Shown one piece after another: positions 1 through 12,504 of a stretch of DNA of 64,000 nucleotides. Each line of letters starts with the position of its first letter. The first letter of the stretch is position 1. Source of the DNA: Octopus vulgaris (Eukaryota); assembly GCA_951406725.2 (NCBI GenBank), contig OX597818.1, positions 21,638,001-21,702,000 on the forward strand, given 5' to 3'. The notes beneath the pieces are model-generated. The model had not been told where the DNA came from. It searched no databases and worked only from the letters and a program-made list of their open reading frames with translations. The position numbers and the translations under genes were made by a program.

Positions 1-1107
1 AACCATCCCAGTCATGGTCATCTTGACTTTTTTCCAATCACAGTTTTAGTAAGACTTATGACTTTTGAAAGACTTTCAGACAACAAGGTGTCATTTGAAG
101 CACATTTGATACTACTTCTAGCAAGTAGACTTACTGCATAAAAGCCCTATTTCATTGGAATGAAGCACCTTAGTACAATGTGGGGACATTAAACAGGATA
201 ACATGTTAGATCTACAATTCTTAAAAAAAAAAAGTTTCAAGTTTTTGTGATGTCAACATTGAGAAATTGCCTAACTGGTTGGAGGTGAGGATTTGAATGG
301 GTACATCTAGTTAAAAAAGGAAGATACTAAGTTAAAAAAAAAGAAAGTGGATTGCTGGATTTTAAGTTCCAAACTCTGTAATTATTTATACATCTGTAAG
401 TCAAAACAATTGATGGGAAAATATTCAAACAAACCTTTATAGCATCATTGTCAAATATGGAACAAGAATTTGAATAAAATAAGTATTTTGGCTGGCAGCT
501 AGCGTTTTATTTTGCTCGGGATGAGTGTTCACAAAAATGCCTTAAAACAATCATAGTTGATGACTAATATTCTTTAGTGACCAGTGAGAGGTACACCCAC
601 TGAGTTTCATTGGTAGATTACAATAAGTCATAATGTTGCATTTAACAGATCTTCATTCACTCCCGTTAAATAATGACACTTTCCTACATTCACAATTGAT
701 TCAGTTGCATCAAGTAAGCTATTGTCTCTCTATCAGACTTGTGCTCCTACACTGCGGTGCCATATAGTGCTGCTGGTAAGTTCCTATCTTATGTTGCCTA
801 TTCATTATTACCAACATCACTTCTTCTACTGTAAGAAATTTATGTTCAATCTATGAGTAAAGTCTTTGCACATTTCCTTCTCCAAAATTAGATGTCTTTA
901 GAATCTCTATAACCCTCTTCCTTTGAGACTAATTACTGATAGAAAATATTTACTGTCATGAATGTTGATAGTTTTACCACAGTTCTACTGTAATCAAATG
1001 GCAAAAAATCCAAATCTTAAATTTAGCTAGATTGTCCATTTTATAGAGCCTGTCTGTCTCTCTGTGTATAAAGTTTATGTGTGTGCGTGTATGTAAGTAT
1101 ATATGTA

Positions 1108-2051
1108 TCATCATCATCGTTGTTTAACGTCTGCTTTCCATGCTGGATTAGGTTGGACAGTTTGACTGAAGACTGGCGAGCCAGAAGGCTGCACCAGGCT
1201 CCTATCTGATGTGGCAAAGTTTCAAAAGCTGGATGTCCTTCCTAACGCCAACCACTCTGAGAGTGTAGCGGGTGCTTTTATGTCCTTCTGGCATGAGGGC
1301 CAGTCAGGTGGTACTGGTAACGACCATGCTCAAAAGGTGTTTTTTACATGCCACCTGCATGGGAGACAGTCAGGTGGCACTGGCAATGACCACACTCAAA
1401 TGTTATTTTTCATGTGCCAGTAAGGCGATGCTGGCAACAATCATGCTCAAATGGTGCTTTTTGTGCCACCAGCACGGGAGCCAGTCAGCGGCCCTGGCAA
1501 TGACCACACTTGGATGGTGCTTTTAACGTTCTACTGGCACAAGTGCCAATCAGGCAGTATTGCCATCAGCCATGTCAGCAATTTTGATTTCACTTGCCTC
1601 AACAGGTCTTCGCAAACAAAGTTTATTGTCCAATGAATGAAGGGTTCTCATAAGTGAGCTGGTTTACACCACTGGCATAGGCCACAGGTTATGGACTCAC
1701 TTGGCTTGTCGGGTCTTCTCAAGTGCAGTATATCTCCGACGATCTCAGTCACTAGTCATTGCCTCAGCGAGGCCCAATGTTCGAAGGTCATGTTTCACCA
1801 CCTCATCCCAGGTCTGCCTGGGTCTACCTCTTCCACAGGTTCCCTCAACTGCTAGGGTGTGACACTTTTTCACACAGCTGTCCTCATCCATTCGCTACAC
1901 ATGACCATACCAGCACAGCCATCTCTCTTGCACACCACATCTGATGCTTCTTAAGTCCAACTTTTCTCTCAGGGCATATGCACACTGACATTACATATCC
2001 AGCGGAGTATACTGGTTTCATTCCTTGCAAGCTTATGCATGTCGTCAGCTG
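1108..2051 (-). mobile_element. 5'-truncated RTE-clade LINE copy (ORF C-terminus, 3' UTR, (GAT)n tail)
   Basis: Reverse complement aligns by eye with ~9020-10003. It encodes ...VEGTCGRGRPRQTWDEVVKHDLRTLGL, carries the ~66-bp 3' UTR units at ~1270-1570, and ends in tcatcatcatc at 1108. The 5' end runs into a TA/TG microsatellite. Confidence 0.9.
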
Positions 2052-2426
2052 TATGTATGTATAAATGAATGTATGCATATATGTATGTATAAATGAATGT
2101 ATGCATATATGTATGTATATATGAATGTATGCATATATGTATGTATATATGAATGTATGCATATATGTACGTAGATATATGTATCTATGTATGTGTATAT
2201 GTATGTATCTATGTATGTGTATATGTATGTATCTATGTATGTGTATATGTATGTATCTATGTATGTATGTATGTATGTATATATATATGTATGTATGAAT
2301 ATATATATAATATATGTATGTATGTATATATATATGTATGTATGTATATATATATATATATGTATGTATATATATATATATGTATGTATATATATATATG
2401 TATGTATATATATATATGTATGTATG

Positions 2427-2461
<35 letters not shown>

Positions 2462-2616
2462 GTATGTATATATATATATGTATGTATGTATGTATATATA
2501 TATATGTATGTATGTATGTATATATATATATGTATGTATGTATATATATATATATGTATGTATGTATGTATATATATATATGTATGTATGTATGTATATA
2601 TATATATGTATGTATG

Positions 2617-2647
<31 letters not shown>

Positions 2648-2694
2648 ATATATATATATGTATGTATGTATATATATATATATATGTATATATA
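2052..2694. repeat. Compound (TATG)n/(TA)n microsatellite
   Basis: Directly visible; produces the Y/I/M/V/C-only ORFs at 2153-2789. Confidence 0.97.
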
Positions 2695-4617
2695 GATTGA
2701 TCCTGAGATGTCGCCTAGATGCTAGGACATGTTTTGCTAAAATGCGCTCAGATAGAATTACTAGATCAGAAACATGGTATGTGATTTAACAGAATTAAAA
2801 TTTTTTTTTCAAATTTATTTGTCTACTCCTGAGTTGTTTCATAAAAAATAAGATATAGTAAGATGAAATTCAATAACCTGAATCGGGGATTCAGCTTTTA
2901 TCTCTAGCAACAGATATTCCCCAATTTACAAGACACAATCTAACCAGTTTAGGTAGCAAACATTCAGGGATGATTATTAGTGTATATCGTTCCTGTCAAT
3001 ATAACCACTTGTTATAATAGGTGGATCCTCTATTTGACATTTGAAAGTGTATCACAAATGTGTGAGTATATACCAGGCCAAACAGAGAAAATAAATTTTT
3101 TCTAGGGGAACTTGTGCCTAAGAGGGGAACTTCCTATGGTCATTCATGAATGAAGAGAGTCTTTATTCTTTAATATATATATGTAATGATTAAATCATAT
3201 ATGACCATCAATATACCCCAAATGCCATATTAAATGGCAGCTAAACTGAGACAAGATTTTCAGATCCTCTCACAACACATTTGAGCTTTCTAGAATTTAT
3301 GCATTGTGCTTCTGTACAATTTCTTCTCCTTGTATAAACTTTATTAATTGGAGGCTTTGCAGGTCAGCATTGCTTACCAAAGAAACTTATCAGTTATGCT
3401 CTCTACTGACTATAGTAATGAACTGTGTGTGTGTGTGTGTATCAATGCTTGTTTTTATGTAAAATTATATACAAAAGTTGTTAAACATAAAATTGAAGGA
3501 TCACTCTAGTGCCATATTTACTTTTTTACCCAGAAAAGGTTGACAGTAACTTCAAAGTTTCAATTTGTTAACAATTATCAGCTTGGTTCTTCAAGTCTTA
3601 TATATATATAAATTTTTTGAGGGGCATTCATCTGGTAGGTGGAGCAGTGTATATACAATGTTCTACCCACCTGCTGAACCATTTCTTTCTACTTCAGACT
3701 CATTCACATTTCTCCTTTTCTCTATCTCCCCTTCTTATATAACCATTTCTCCTTTTTCTCTAAAAATTCATTAGTACCAAATCTACTTTACATACACATT
3801 GTGCCACCCACCAGATAATCCCCTCCTTAAAAAGACAAAACTAAAAAACAAGCCTAAATAAGGCTTGAAAAGCCAAAGGAAGTCACAGTATGATAAAAGC
3901 TAGTAAACTAAACTTTCAAAACCTCAGTCAATCTTTTTCTTCTATGTATCCACATGTGTGTATGTGTAACAAAAATAAGCTATATGGCATGTATATGGAC
4001 AATATAGGCAAATACAGGTATATCAAATACTATACAACATAAATTCTTTATTATTAAAATTATGTGTCTCTTAGAGGATATGTTACAATTACCAAATGGC
4101 AATTGAGAATAACTCCATATGAGGAGGAGAGATAACCTCAAGAATCAAGTATTCGCCAAAGCTCACATGCCATAAGGGAAAAGACAGACTTATTGCCTGG
4201 AGATAAGAAGTCTTGACACATGTTTCAGCCTGAGTAGGTGTCAGTATATATATGTGTGTGTGTAAGTTTGCCTACACACATGTTCATGTCATAATACTTT
4301 AAGGCCATAACAAATGTTGGTGTTACTGAAGGACCAGCATTTTATTAACATACAGCATCGTGGGATTGAGACCAAATAATGAAACTTTTGCAGTTGCTGT
4401 GTTGACATGGTTAATACTGAGAGCAGATCTATGTAATATTTGATAGCTGTTTTGAATAATTGCTGTTTTCTGTTTCTTTATTGTTGGCCATAGAACTTCA
4501 AAAGAGTTATAACTTCAAGACATGTAATTCCCATTTTAATAATGGTAAGGAATTAATTTAGAGATTTGGTTGCTACATTGATCATATCAAGCAACTATAT
4601 AGAATCTTATTCAATAG

Positions 4618-4619
<2 letters not shown>

Positions 4620-4667
<48 letters not shown>
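4620..4667. repeat. (TA)n microsatellite
   Basis: Directly visible. Confidence 0.95.
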
Positions 4668-6791
4668 GTTTTCTAATGCTAGGCCTTTGATAGGTTGAAA
4701 AATTATTTGCTATAATCATGAGGAAGTGATTTATGTTCACCTAAATAGATATTTTCTGCAAAGAAATAGCTATTCCTGTAAAGGAATTACAATTTTTTTT
4801 TAGCATATATATTAAAAAGAAATTCAATACCACATGATGAAATTCAGTTAGATATGAAAGGTTAATATATTTGTAGGACAGGATTTATTTTTGATGTTAC
4901 TTTATCTACTCAGGCAAAAGGGCTGACCATAAATAGAGCTGTATGTCACATTCTTTCAAACCAAGCTAAATTGCCAGTTCAGTCAGACTACTTTTATCTA
5001 TAGTAAATGCCTGCCTGGTTTAATCATAACATATGTGGTTCTAATTATAACAAAAAAATTATTTAAACTATTTAATTGCCATATGGAAATTGTATTCATT
5101 TTTTACAGTTCAAACTATTCCTAAACTATACTATACAGATAACTAGTTCAATAATAAATAACAGTAGTAATAATAGTGAAGATTTCTAGCATAGGAACAC
5201 TTGCCTAAATTTTTCTTTGGGGTTGGGGGAAGCAACAATGGTAGAATGTAGCTGAAGTGGAGTGTAGTTGATTAGACTATCCCCTCTATTTTAATGGACC
5301 TTGAGGATGAAAGGTAAAGTTGAGCCCAATGAAACTTGAATTCTAAATGTGAAGGGATATAAGATATTGCAAGGCATTTTGTTTTGTACACTGTTAATTT
5401 CCTGTCCATTGCCTAGAACAGCAACAACAATAATTATTATTACTAATAGTAATCCTAATAATAGTAATACATGTAATTATTATTCTCCCTAAGGGAAGTG
5501 GAATGGCAGAAATAGAATGTGAGACCTTAGAGTAAAATGAGTATTAGCTATATAGTGATTCAGTAAAATTACCTTATAAATTTGTGAATTTGAACTAATT
5601 TGAGTTGCTATTTCTCCATAAAATTTATTTTAAAGAAGTAATATATGTATGCATATATATATGTGTGTTACTAAGAGCCATGAGTTGGGAGTAACCAAAC
5701 TAAATTAGTTTCCCTGTTTCTTTATCTGCTGATTGCAAGTTCAAATCCTTCTGGAATTGACTTTGCTCTTTTCTGGGTTTGTGGATTCAAACAAAGGATT
5801 ACCTTATAATGTTACCTACTTCCCTTTCCAAAATTGCCCTTGCACCTAATCAAAAGAAATTAATATTTAAATATCAAGTATAAAAACAAAATGACATGAA
5901 CTATATCTATTTTTGGGAAAAAGAAAGAGACACAAACGGAAGCAAAAACACATAAATAAGTAAAATATAAACTATTCCTTATACTGAAGATGGAATTGAC
6001 ACTATAGTGCAGATATGTTCTTTTATTTCCTTAAGCCAAAAATATACCTCCCATCATTCCTTTTTCTTATATTCTTCCACTTTTGCCTGTAAACTAAACC
6101 TTTTCACTTAGTACTAATCAAAAAGTACCCATGAATAACTGATGTTATTCTTAGAAATTCCTTGTTTCTAGTCATTCATCAGCTCTTCTTCAACTTGAAT
6201 TATTTTTTACATGTCAAACTATCACAGCTATTGTGTAAGGTTGGGCAATAAATACCATACTTGATAGCTCTTATCCTAATGTAACAGTGGTGGTGATGGA
6301 GATTACAGTGGTAGCAGACACCACCATGGTAGTGGTGATGGTGTATGTGATGGAAGTATTGCCAGAATGGTAGTGCTGATTGTGTTTTGCTTTAATTGTA
6401 TATAAAAAAAAAAGGTAACTCATAAGCTTTTTCAAATAGCTTAATCTATTATATAATAAATATTTCTTGTTGTTGTTGGCTTTATCATCATCGTTTCATG
6501 AAAGATAGAATATAGACTCTATTAGTTGAAACTATATTGAGATGTAAGCGTGGGCAGTAATTATTTATTTATTTTTTTATTTTTTCTTCTCCTTCTTTTC
6601 ACCTTCCCTGATGTGGCAAAACACAGAAATTGCTTCAGATAAGATGCTGAGCATCAGATTTCATTTCCAATTTTGGCTGGTGCTATTTCTTTTTCAGTCT
6701 TCTCCACTACTGTAGAGTCAGCTACATCTGTTTTAAATGCAGACTGTCTTAAAAAATGTTTATCTTATGATTTCTAACATTACTTGCTTTT

Positions 6792-6846
6792 ATAATATAT
6801 ATATATATATATATATGTATGTGTATATATATATATGTGTGTGTAC

Positions 6847-6887
<41 letters not shown>

Positions 6888-7340
6888 TGTGTGTATATAT
6901 ATATATGTGTGTGTACATATACATATACTTTGATACTTTGATAGGTTTCGGCCATTATTGGCCCAGGCCATGTCTAACTTAATAGCACCACCTGGTGAAG
7001 TCTTTCAAGTCAGAATTTGGGCACTATGGCCCACTCAAGTAGAGAGTTAAAATGTATATATGTATATGTATGTATATATATATATATATGTGTGTGTATA
7101 TATATATGTCTGTGTGTGTATATATATATGTCTGTGTGTGTATATATATATGTCTGTGTGTGTATATATATATGTCTGTGTGTGTATATATATGTGTGTG
7201 TGTATTTGTATATATATATATATGTGTGTGTGTATTTGTATATATATATATAAATATATATATGTATGTGTATGTATATATATATATATATGTGTGTATA
7301 TATATATATATATAAGTATGTGTGTGTGTATATATATGTA
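6792..7340. repeat. Compound (TA)n/(TG)n microsatellite interrupted by a ~125-bp unique island (about 6926-7050)
   Basis: Directly visible. Confidence 0.93.
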
Positions 7341-7447
7341 TATCATCATCATCATCATCGTTTAGCGTCCGTTTTCCATGCTAGCATGGGTTGGACGGTT
7401 CTACTGGGGTCTGTGAAGCCAGAAGGCTTCATCAGGCCCAGTCAAAT
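7341..7447 (-). mobile_element. Very short 3'-end copy of the RTE LINE
   Basis: tcatcatcatc...gtttagcgtccgttttccatgctagcatgggttggacg is the reverse complement of ~9950-10003. Confidence 0.88.
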
Positions 7448-7587
7448 GTAGATATATGTATGTATATATATATTTTTAATTTTTAAAAATATATTTGCAA
7501 GTTATATATTTTATTGTATTTTTATTTATATTCTTATTTTTCTGTTTAATATGTATTAGAATATGTAGTTTTAACTTCGATCAGTTA

Positions 7588-10003
7588 GTGTTCGCATGGA
7601 TGATGGTTCACTTGCGCTAAATGAGGATGCAAAGAGAGAGGTTTGGAGATGCCATTATCAAAGGTTGCTGAAAAAAGAAAATGAATGGGAGAAAGAGAGT
7701 CTGCCGAATGTCAACCCAACAGAGGGACCAGCTATCCGAGTTGACAGTACCTTGGTAGATAAGGCAATTAGAAGTATGAAGACAGGGAAAGCCCCAGGCC
7801 CATCAGGAATTACTGCAGAGATGCTCAAAATATCTGGCAGTGTTGACTATAGCCTAGTCACCCGTATAGTTAACCAGGTGATACATGAAGGAGTCATACC
7901 CAATGACTGGTGTAGCAGCATAATAGTCAACTGCTACAAAGGTAAAGGTGATGCTTCAGGTACAAATAATTACAGAGGTGTCAAGCTGTTGGATCAGGTA
8001 ATGAAGGTTATGGAGAGGGTCATAGCCCAACTGATTAGGGAGAGAGTCAGCTTGGATGAGATGCAGTTTGGTTTTGTGCCAGGGAAAAGCACCACTGATG
8101 CCATATTTCTGGTAAGACAGCTGCAGGAGAAATACCTAGCCAAAGATAAGCCCCTGTACCTGGCTTTCGTTGACATGGAGAAAGCCTTTGACAGGGTCCC
8201 CCGATCCCTTATCTGGTGGTCAATGAGGAAACTAGGGATAGATCTATGGTTAGTGAGAGCTGTGCAAGCCATGTACAGTGATGCTGTAAGATAAGGGTTG
8301 GCAACGAGTATGCTGAAGAATTCAGGGTAGAGTTAGGGGTCCACCAAGGTTCATTCCTCAGCCCCCTCCTATTTATCACAGTCCTCCAGGCAATAACGGA
8401 AGAATTCAAGACAGGATGCCCCTGGGAGCTCCTCTATACTGATGACCTTGCTCTAATTGCTGAGTCACTATCAGAACTGGAGGAGAAGTTTCAAGTGTGG
8501 AAACAAGGATTAGAATCGAAGGGCCTTAGAATCAACCTAGCTAAAACCAAAGTCCTAATAAGTAGGAAGGCAGGCAAACCACAAATCCCTTCAGGTAGAT
8601 GGCCCTGCTCGATCTGTAGTAGAGGTGTAGGTAGAAACTCTATAAGATGTACCCAGTGTAAGCTATGGACACATAAGAGGTGCAGTAATATCAAAGGAAG
8701 GCTAACTGGGAAGATAGTTTTTGTATGTAGCAGAGGCTCGGGAGCAATAAACATTGAAAATGCGCAGAGACCAACTTCCGCCACATTCCAGGGAGAAAAA
8801 CTAGACGTAGTTGATAGCTTCTGTTACCTAGGTGACCAAGTCAGTAGCAGAGGAGGTTGTGCTGAAAGTGTAGCTGCTAGAATAAGAATAGCTTGGGCAA
8901 AGTTCAGAGAGCTCTTACCTCTGCTGGTGACAAAGGACCTCTCGCTTAGAGTAAAAGGTAGACTGTATGATGCTTGTGTACGAACAGCCATGCTACATGA
9001 CAGTGAAACATGGACCGTGACTGCTGAGGACATGCGTAAGCTCGCAAGGAATGAAGCCAATATGATCCGATGGATGTGTAAAGTCAGTGTGCATACTCGA
9101 CAGAGTGTAAGTACCTTGAGAGAAAAGTTGAACCTAAGAAGCTTTAGATGTGGTGTGCAAGAGAGACGACTGCACTGGTATGGTCATGTGGCGAGAATGG
9201 ATGAGAATAGTTGTGTGAAAAAGTGCCACACCCTAGCAGTTGAGGGAACCTGTGGAAGAGGTAGACCCAGGAAAACCTGGGATGAAGTGGTGAAGCATGA
9301 CCTTTGAACATTAGGCCTCATCAAGGAAATGACTAGCAACCGAACCTTTTGGAAATATGCTGTGCTTGAGAAGACCCGGGAAGCCAAATGAGACCATAAC
9401 CTGTGGCCTATGCCAGGAGCGTAACCAGCCCGCTTATCCGTACCTTTTCCTTCTTTGGTCACTAAACTCTGCTTGCAAAGACCTGTTGAGGCAAGTGAAA
9501 TCAAAATCAGTTCGACGACTGGCATATGTGCTAGCACCATACGAGAGTGCCAGTGGCACATAAAAGGGCACCATTTGAGTGTGATCATTACCAGCACCAC
9601 CTTACTGGCACTTGTGCCCGTGCTAGTAGGGTGCCAAGAGCACCATCTGAGCGTGATCGTTGCCAGAGCAACCAACTGGCTGCATGCCAGTGGCACGTAA
9701 AAGGGCACCATTTCAGCATGATCGTTACCAACATCACCTTACTGGCACCTGTGCCGGTGGCATGTGTAAAAAGATTCGAGTGAGGTCATTGCCAGTAGCG
9801 CCTGACTGGTCCCGTGCCGGTGGCACGTAAAAAGCACCCACTACACTCTCGGAGTGGTTGGCGTTAAGAAGGGCATCCAGCTGTAGAAACTCTGCCAGAT
9901 CAAGATTGGAGCCTGGTGCGGCCGTCTGGTTCACCAGCCCTTAGTCAAAATCGTCCAACCCATGCTAGCATGGAAAGCGGACGTTAAACGATGATGATGA
10001 TGA
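7588..10003 (+). mobile_element. RTE-clade non-LTR retrotransposon, 5'-truncated (no AP endonuclease)
   Basis: RT-encoding reading frames at 7596-9391, a ~590-bp 3' UTR with tandem units, and the terminus ggacgttaaac(gat)n at ~9979-10003. Confidence 0.95.
7596..9391 (+). pseudogene. Disrupted RTE reverse transcriptase ORF with internal PHD-like zinc finger
   Basis: Non-LTR RT motifs KAPGPSGI, NYRGVKLL, QFGFVPGKSTTDAIF, FVDMEKAFDRV, GVHQGSFLSPLLF, LLYTDDL (YTDD at 8435-8446), INLAKTKVL and FCYLG are present, followed by RTE-type RRLHWYGHVARM and RGRPRKTW. There is one frameshift near 8290 (second frame open 8291-9307) and one premature TGA at 9305-9307, which is CGA in the 1108-2051 copy. The natural stop is at 9389-9391. 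Confidence 0.93.
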
Positions 10004-11159
10004 ACAATAAGATGAATAGCCTGAGGACACACTGGTGGATTTATGTAATAGGTATAGCCTAGAAAAACACACCACCAGCGTAGAAACATGTGTAGCATTG
10101 ATCAAAAATATATTCTTTCCCCACAGACTAATAACTCTGTCTTTGGCCTTGCTTTGCACCACGGATCCACACACTCGCAACTCCGCCTGGAACAGTGTTA
10201 TATTTTTAATCTCTGAACAACTATCCCTTCCGGACTAAACACCCCACCTCCTAATGACTGTCTCTACAACCTCCTGCAACAAAACAACTTTATTCCATTT
10301 TTTGTTTTTAATTGTGCCATTTTATATTGTATTAACTTCTTTATCCCCTGTCAATCTTATTTTATTTTAATTTATTATATTTTATTTCATTTCTATATAC
10401 ACATACATATATACACACACACATACACATGAAAAAATACACGAATCCATGTGGCAAGTGAAGCAGAAATGGCAGACTAAATACTGTACAGAACCATGTA
10501 GAGCAAGAGGCAAGCTTCCTGGAAGCTGAGCCAACACAGTTTCTATTTCTGGTGAAAGCCGCTTCACTTATCTTCTGCTGCTAATATTTATAGAAAATGC
10601 ATGAACAATATACCTCTTGTTTGCTCTTTGTAAATTACATGGCCTTCTGTATTGAAAAAAAGCCAATAGTTAATTCCATCCATCAATTTTCTGAGTTCAA
10701 GTTTCTGCTTGAGTTTTGTCTTTCTTTCACTTGCCTGGATTTCATAAAAATGTACCAGTAATATACTTGGATGAATTCAACCAACAATATATTTCTCTGA
10801 TGTACTAACTAGCTTTGCAACTAATCAAAGTTTTCTTTTAAAAATAAAATAGCATGTTCTGCTTTAAAATATGCACAAACACCACAACTTCATAACAAAA
10901 TAAGACATGAATGTTACTAATATATTTATTAGAAAATGCACTTGTTGTCTGTGATCAATACCTTTGGTTTCGCCCAAGGAGTACATATACTAGATATGGG
11001 CTGAGGTGTACCAGTTTTAATGGGATGAGTCAGAGTGCATATACTAGGTAGGGCATGTAGAAATTATTCTTGCTAGAGTAAATGTTAATTAATTGAGGTT
11101 CAATATATAAAATGTGGTCAGTATGGTAATTCTGGAAGTTATTCAGTGTTCTCCCACCA

Positions 11160-11350
11160 TCATTTCTGATCAAATAGACCTATGACTTAAAACATTTCAG
11201 CTATGACCATCCACCTACTTTCTTTCAGATGCTGTGTATGTAAGACTACATTATATTAGGTCTCCTTTACTTTTTAAAGAGGATAAGGTGTCATGTGAGA
11301 TAAGCTTGGCTTCTATTTCTTGCTAGCTGAGCTACCACATAAAGGCTCAC
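11160..11350 (-). repeat. Dispersed ~220-bp SINE-like repeat, family B (unclassified)
   Basis: Shares the blocks gactacattatccaatgt and gatttggctgctatttctagc with copies near 1-150, 14265-14470, 26145-26330, 36740-36880, 37510-37665, 44285-44385, 49750-49950, 57740-57930, 58150-58330 and 60055-60225. Orientation is inferred from the ggctaa(aca)n end seen at ~42367-42381. Confidence 0.7.
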
Positions 11351-12504
11351 TTATCAACTCAGCAAAGGATATATTTTATAGAAATGTAGCAGACAATCTT
11401 AAGGCTCAAATTAAAAGATATTCTGAAACAAGACCTTCAATATTCAACCAGGTAAATCAGGAAACAAGCTGCTAGATTAGAGAAAACAATTTGAAAATTG
11501 GCAATATGGCATGGTTAGCACTTTGAAAATATGGTTTTAAATGTTTAGCATTTTCAAATATGTTGTAGTTTTTAAATCTGGTAATGAGTCAAGAAATATG
11601 CTTGTTATACCTAGTAGGTCAAGCAACATATCCATGTGTATGTGTATGTTCTAGCATTTTCATATGTATATCATTTAAAGCAGTTTAGTCTACCTATATT
11701 TGTGCAAGTAAAATCTTACCAAATGCTCATGTGATGATGATGGTGGTGGTGGTATTTCACCCTGTAAAGTTAACAATAGCGTAACATTCTACTATCCAGT
11801 TGGTGATGGTTGGTGGGAAAATAGGGCTTCTAAACTAAAGCAAAGGAATAGAAAATAACCTGATGATACAGCAGTGAACTCCAGTAAAGAAAATATTTGT
11901 TCAGTATAATAATATGGCAGCTGACATTTTAATTCAGATAACCTGTTAACCAAATTATCAAGGGTTGAAGAAGCTTTGCAAAATACCTTGCTAAATTAAT
12001 ACATGGTGTAGGACTACAGTTCTTAAATAAATACCTTTTAACAAAAAAAGGTGCCTAACTATTATCCTTCACTCACATTCATATACATAGACTTACATAA
12101 TGAATGTCCTTCAATAGGAAAATGACAACCAAGTCCTACATTGGAGTACTTGCAGAGGCACTATTACTAGGTTGGTAAATATCCCACATTGCATCCAAAA
12201 GACATTTTATGATTTATCGCAACTTATCAATGCATTACAGCCACTGGATCACAGCATTATTTCTTCCCTCTCTTCTACAGCTTCTGTTCTCTGAACTTAC
12301 AAACTATATGACAAATCCCTCTTGTCATCTCTACAGCGTCTCTTCACCCTCTCTTTCATGTCCTGCACTAAACACTTTCCAGAACTGTAGTCATCTGGAA
12401 TTGCTAACCTAACCACTCTACCTATTGACCTACAAAACTTCGAACTGAACATAAATCACCATTCTGATCAGTTTGCTATGACAGAGGCCATGACCTCCTA
12501 TGGA

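Noticed and set aside
7412-7436. Minus-strand CUGAUGA followed by stem AGCC/GGCU
   Set aside because: No GAAA follows, and other copies of the family read ctggtgcagcc here, so the motif is a chance mutation.
7994-9711. Antisense ORFs over the RTE (7994-8272, 8491-8784, 8824-9060, 9184-9711)
   Set aside because: They are shadows of the sense RT frame and the GC-richer 3' UTR.
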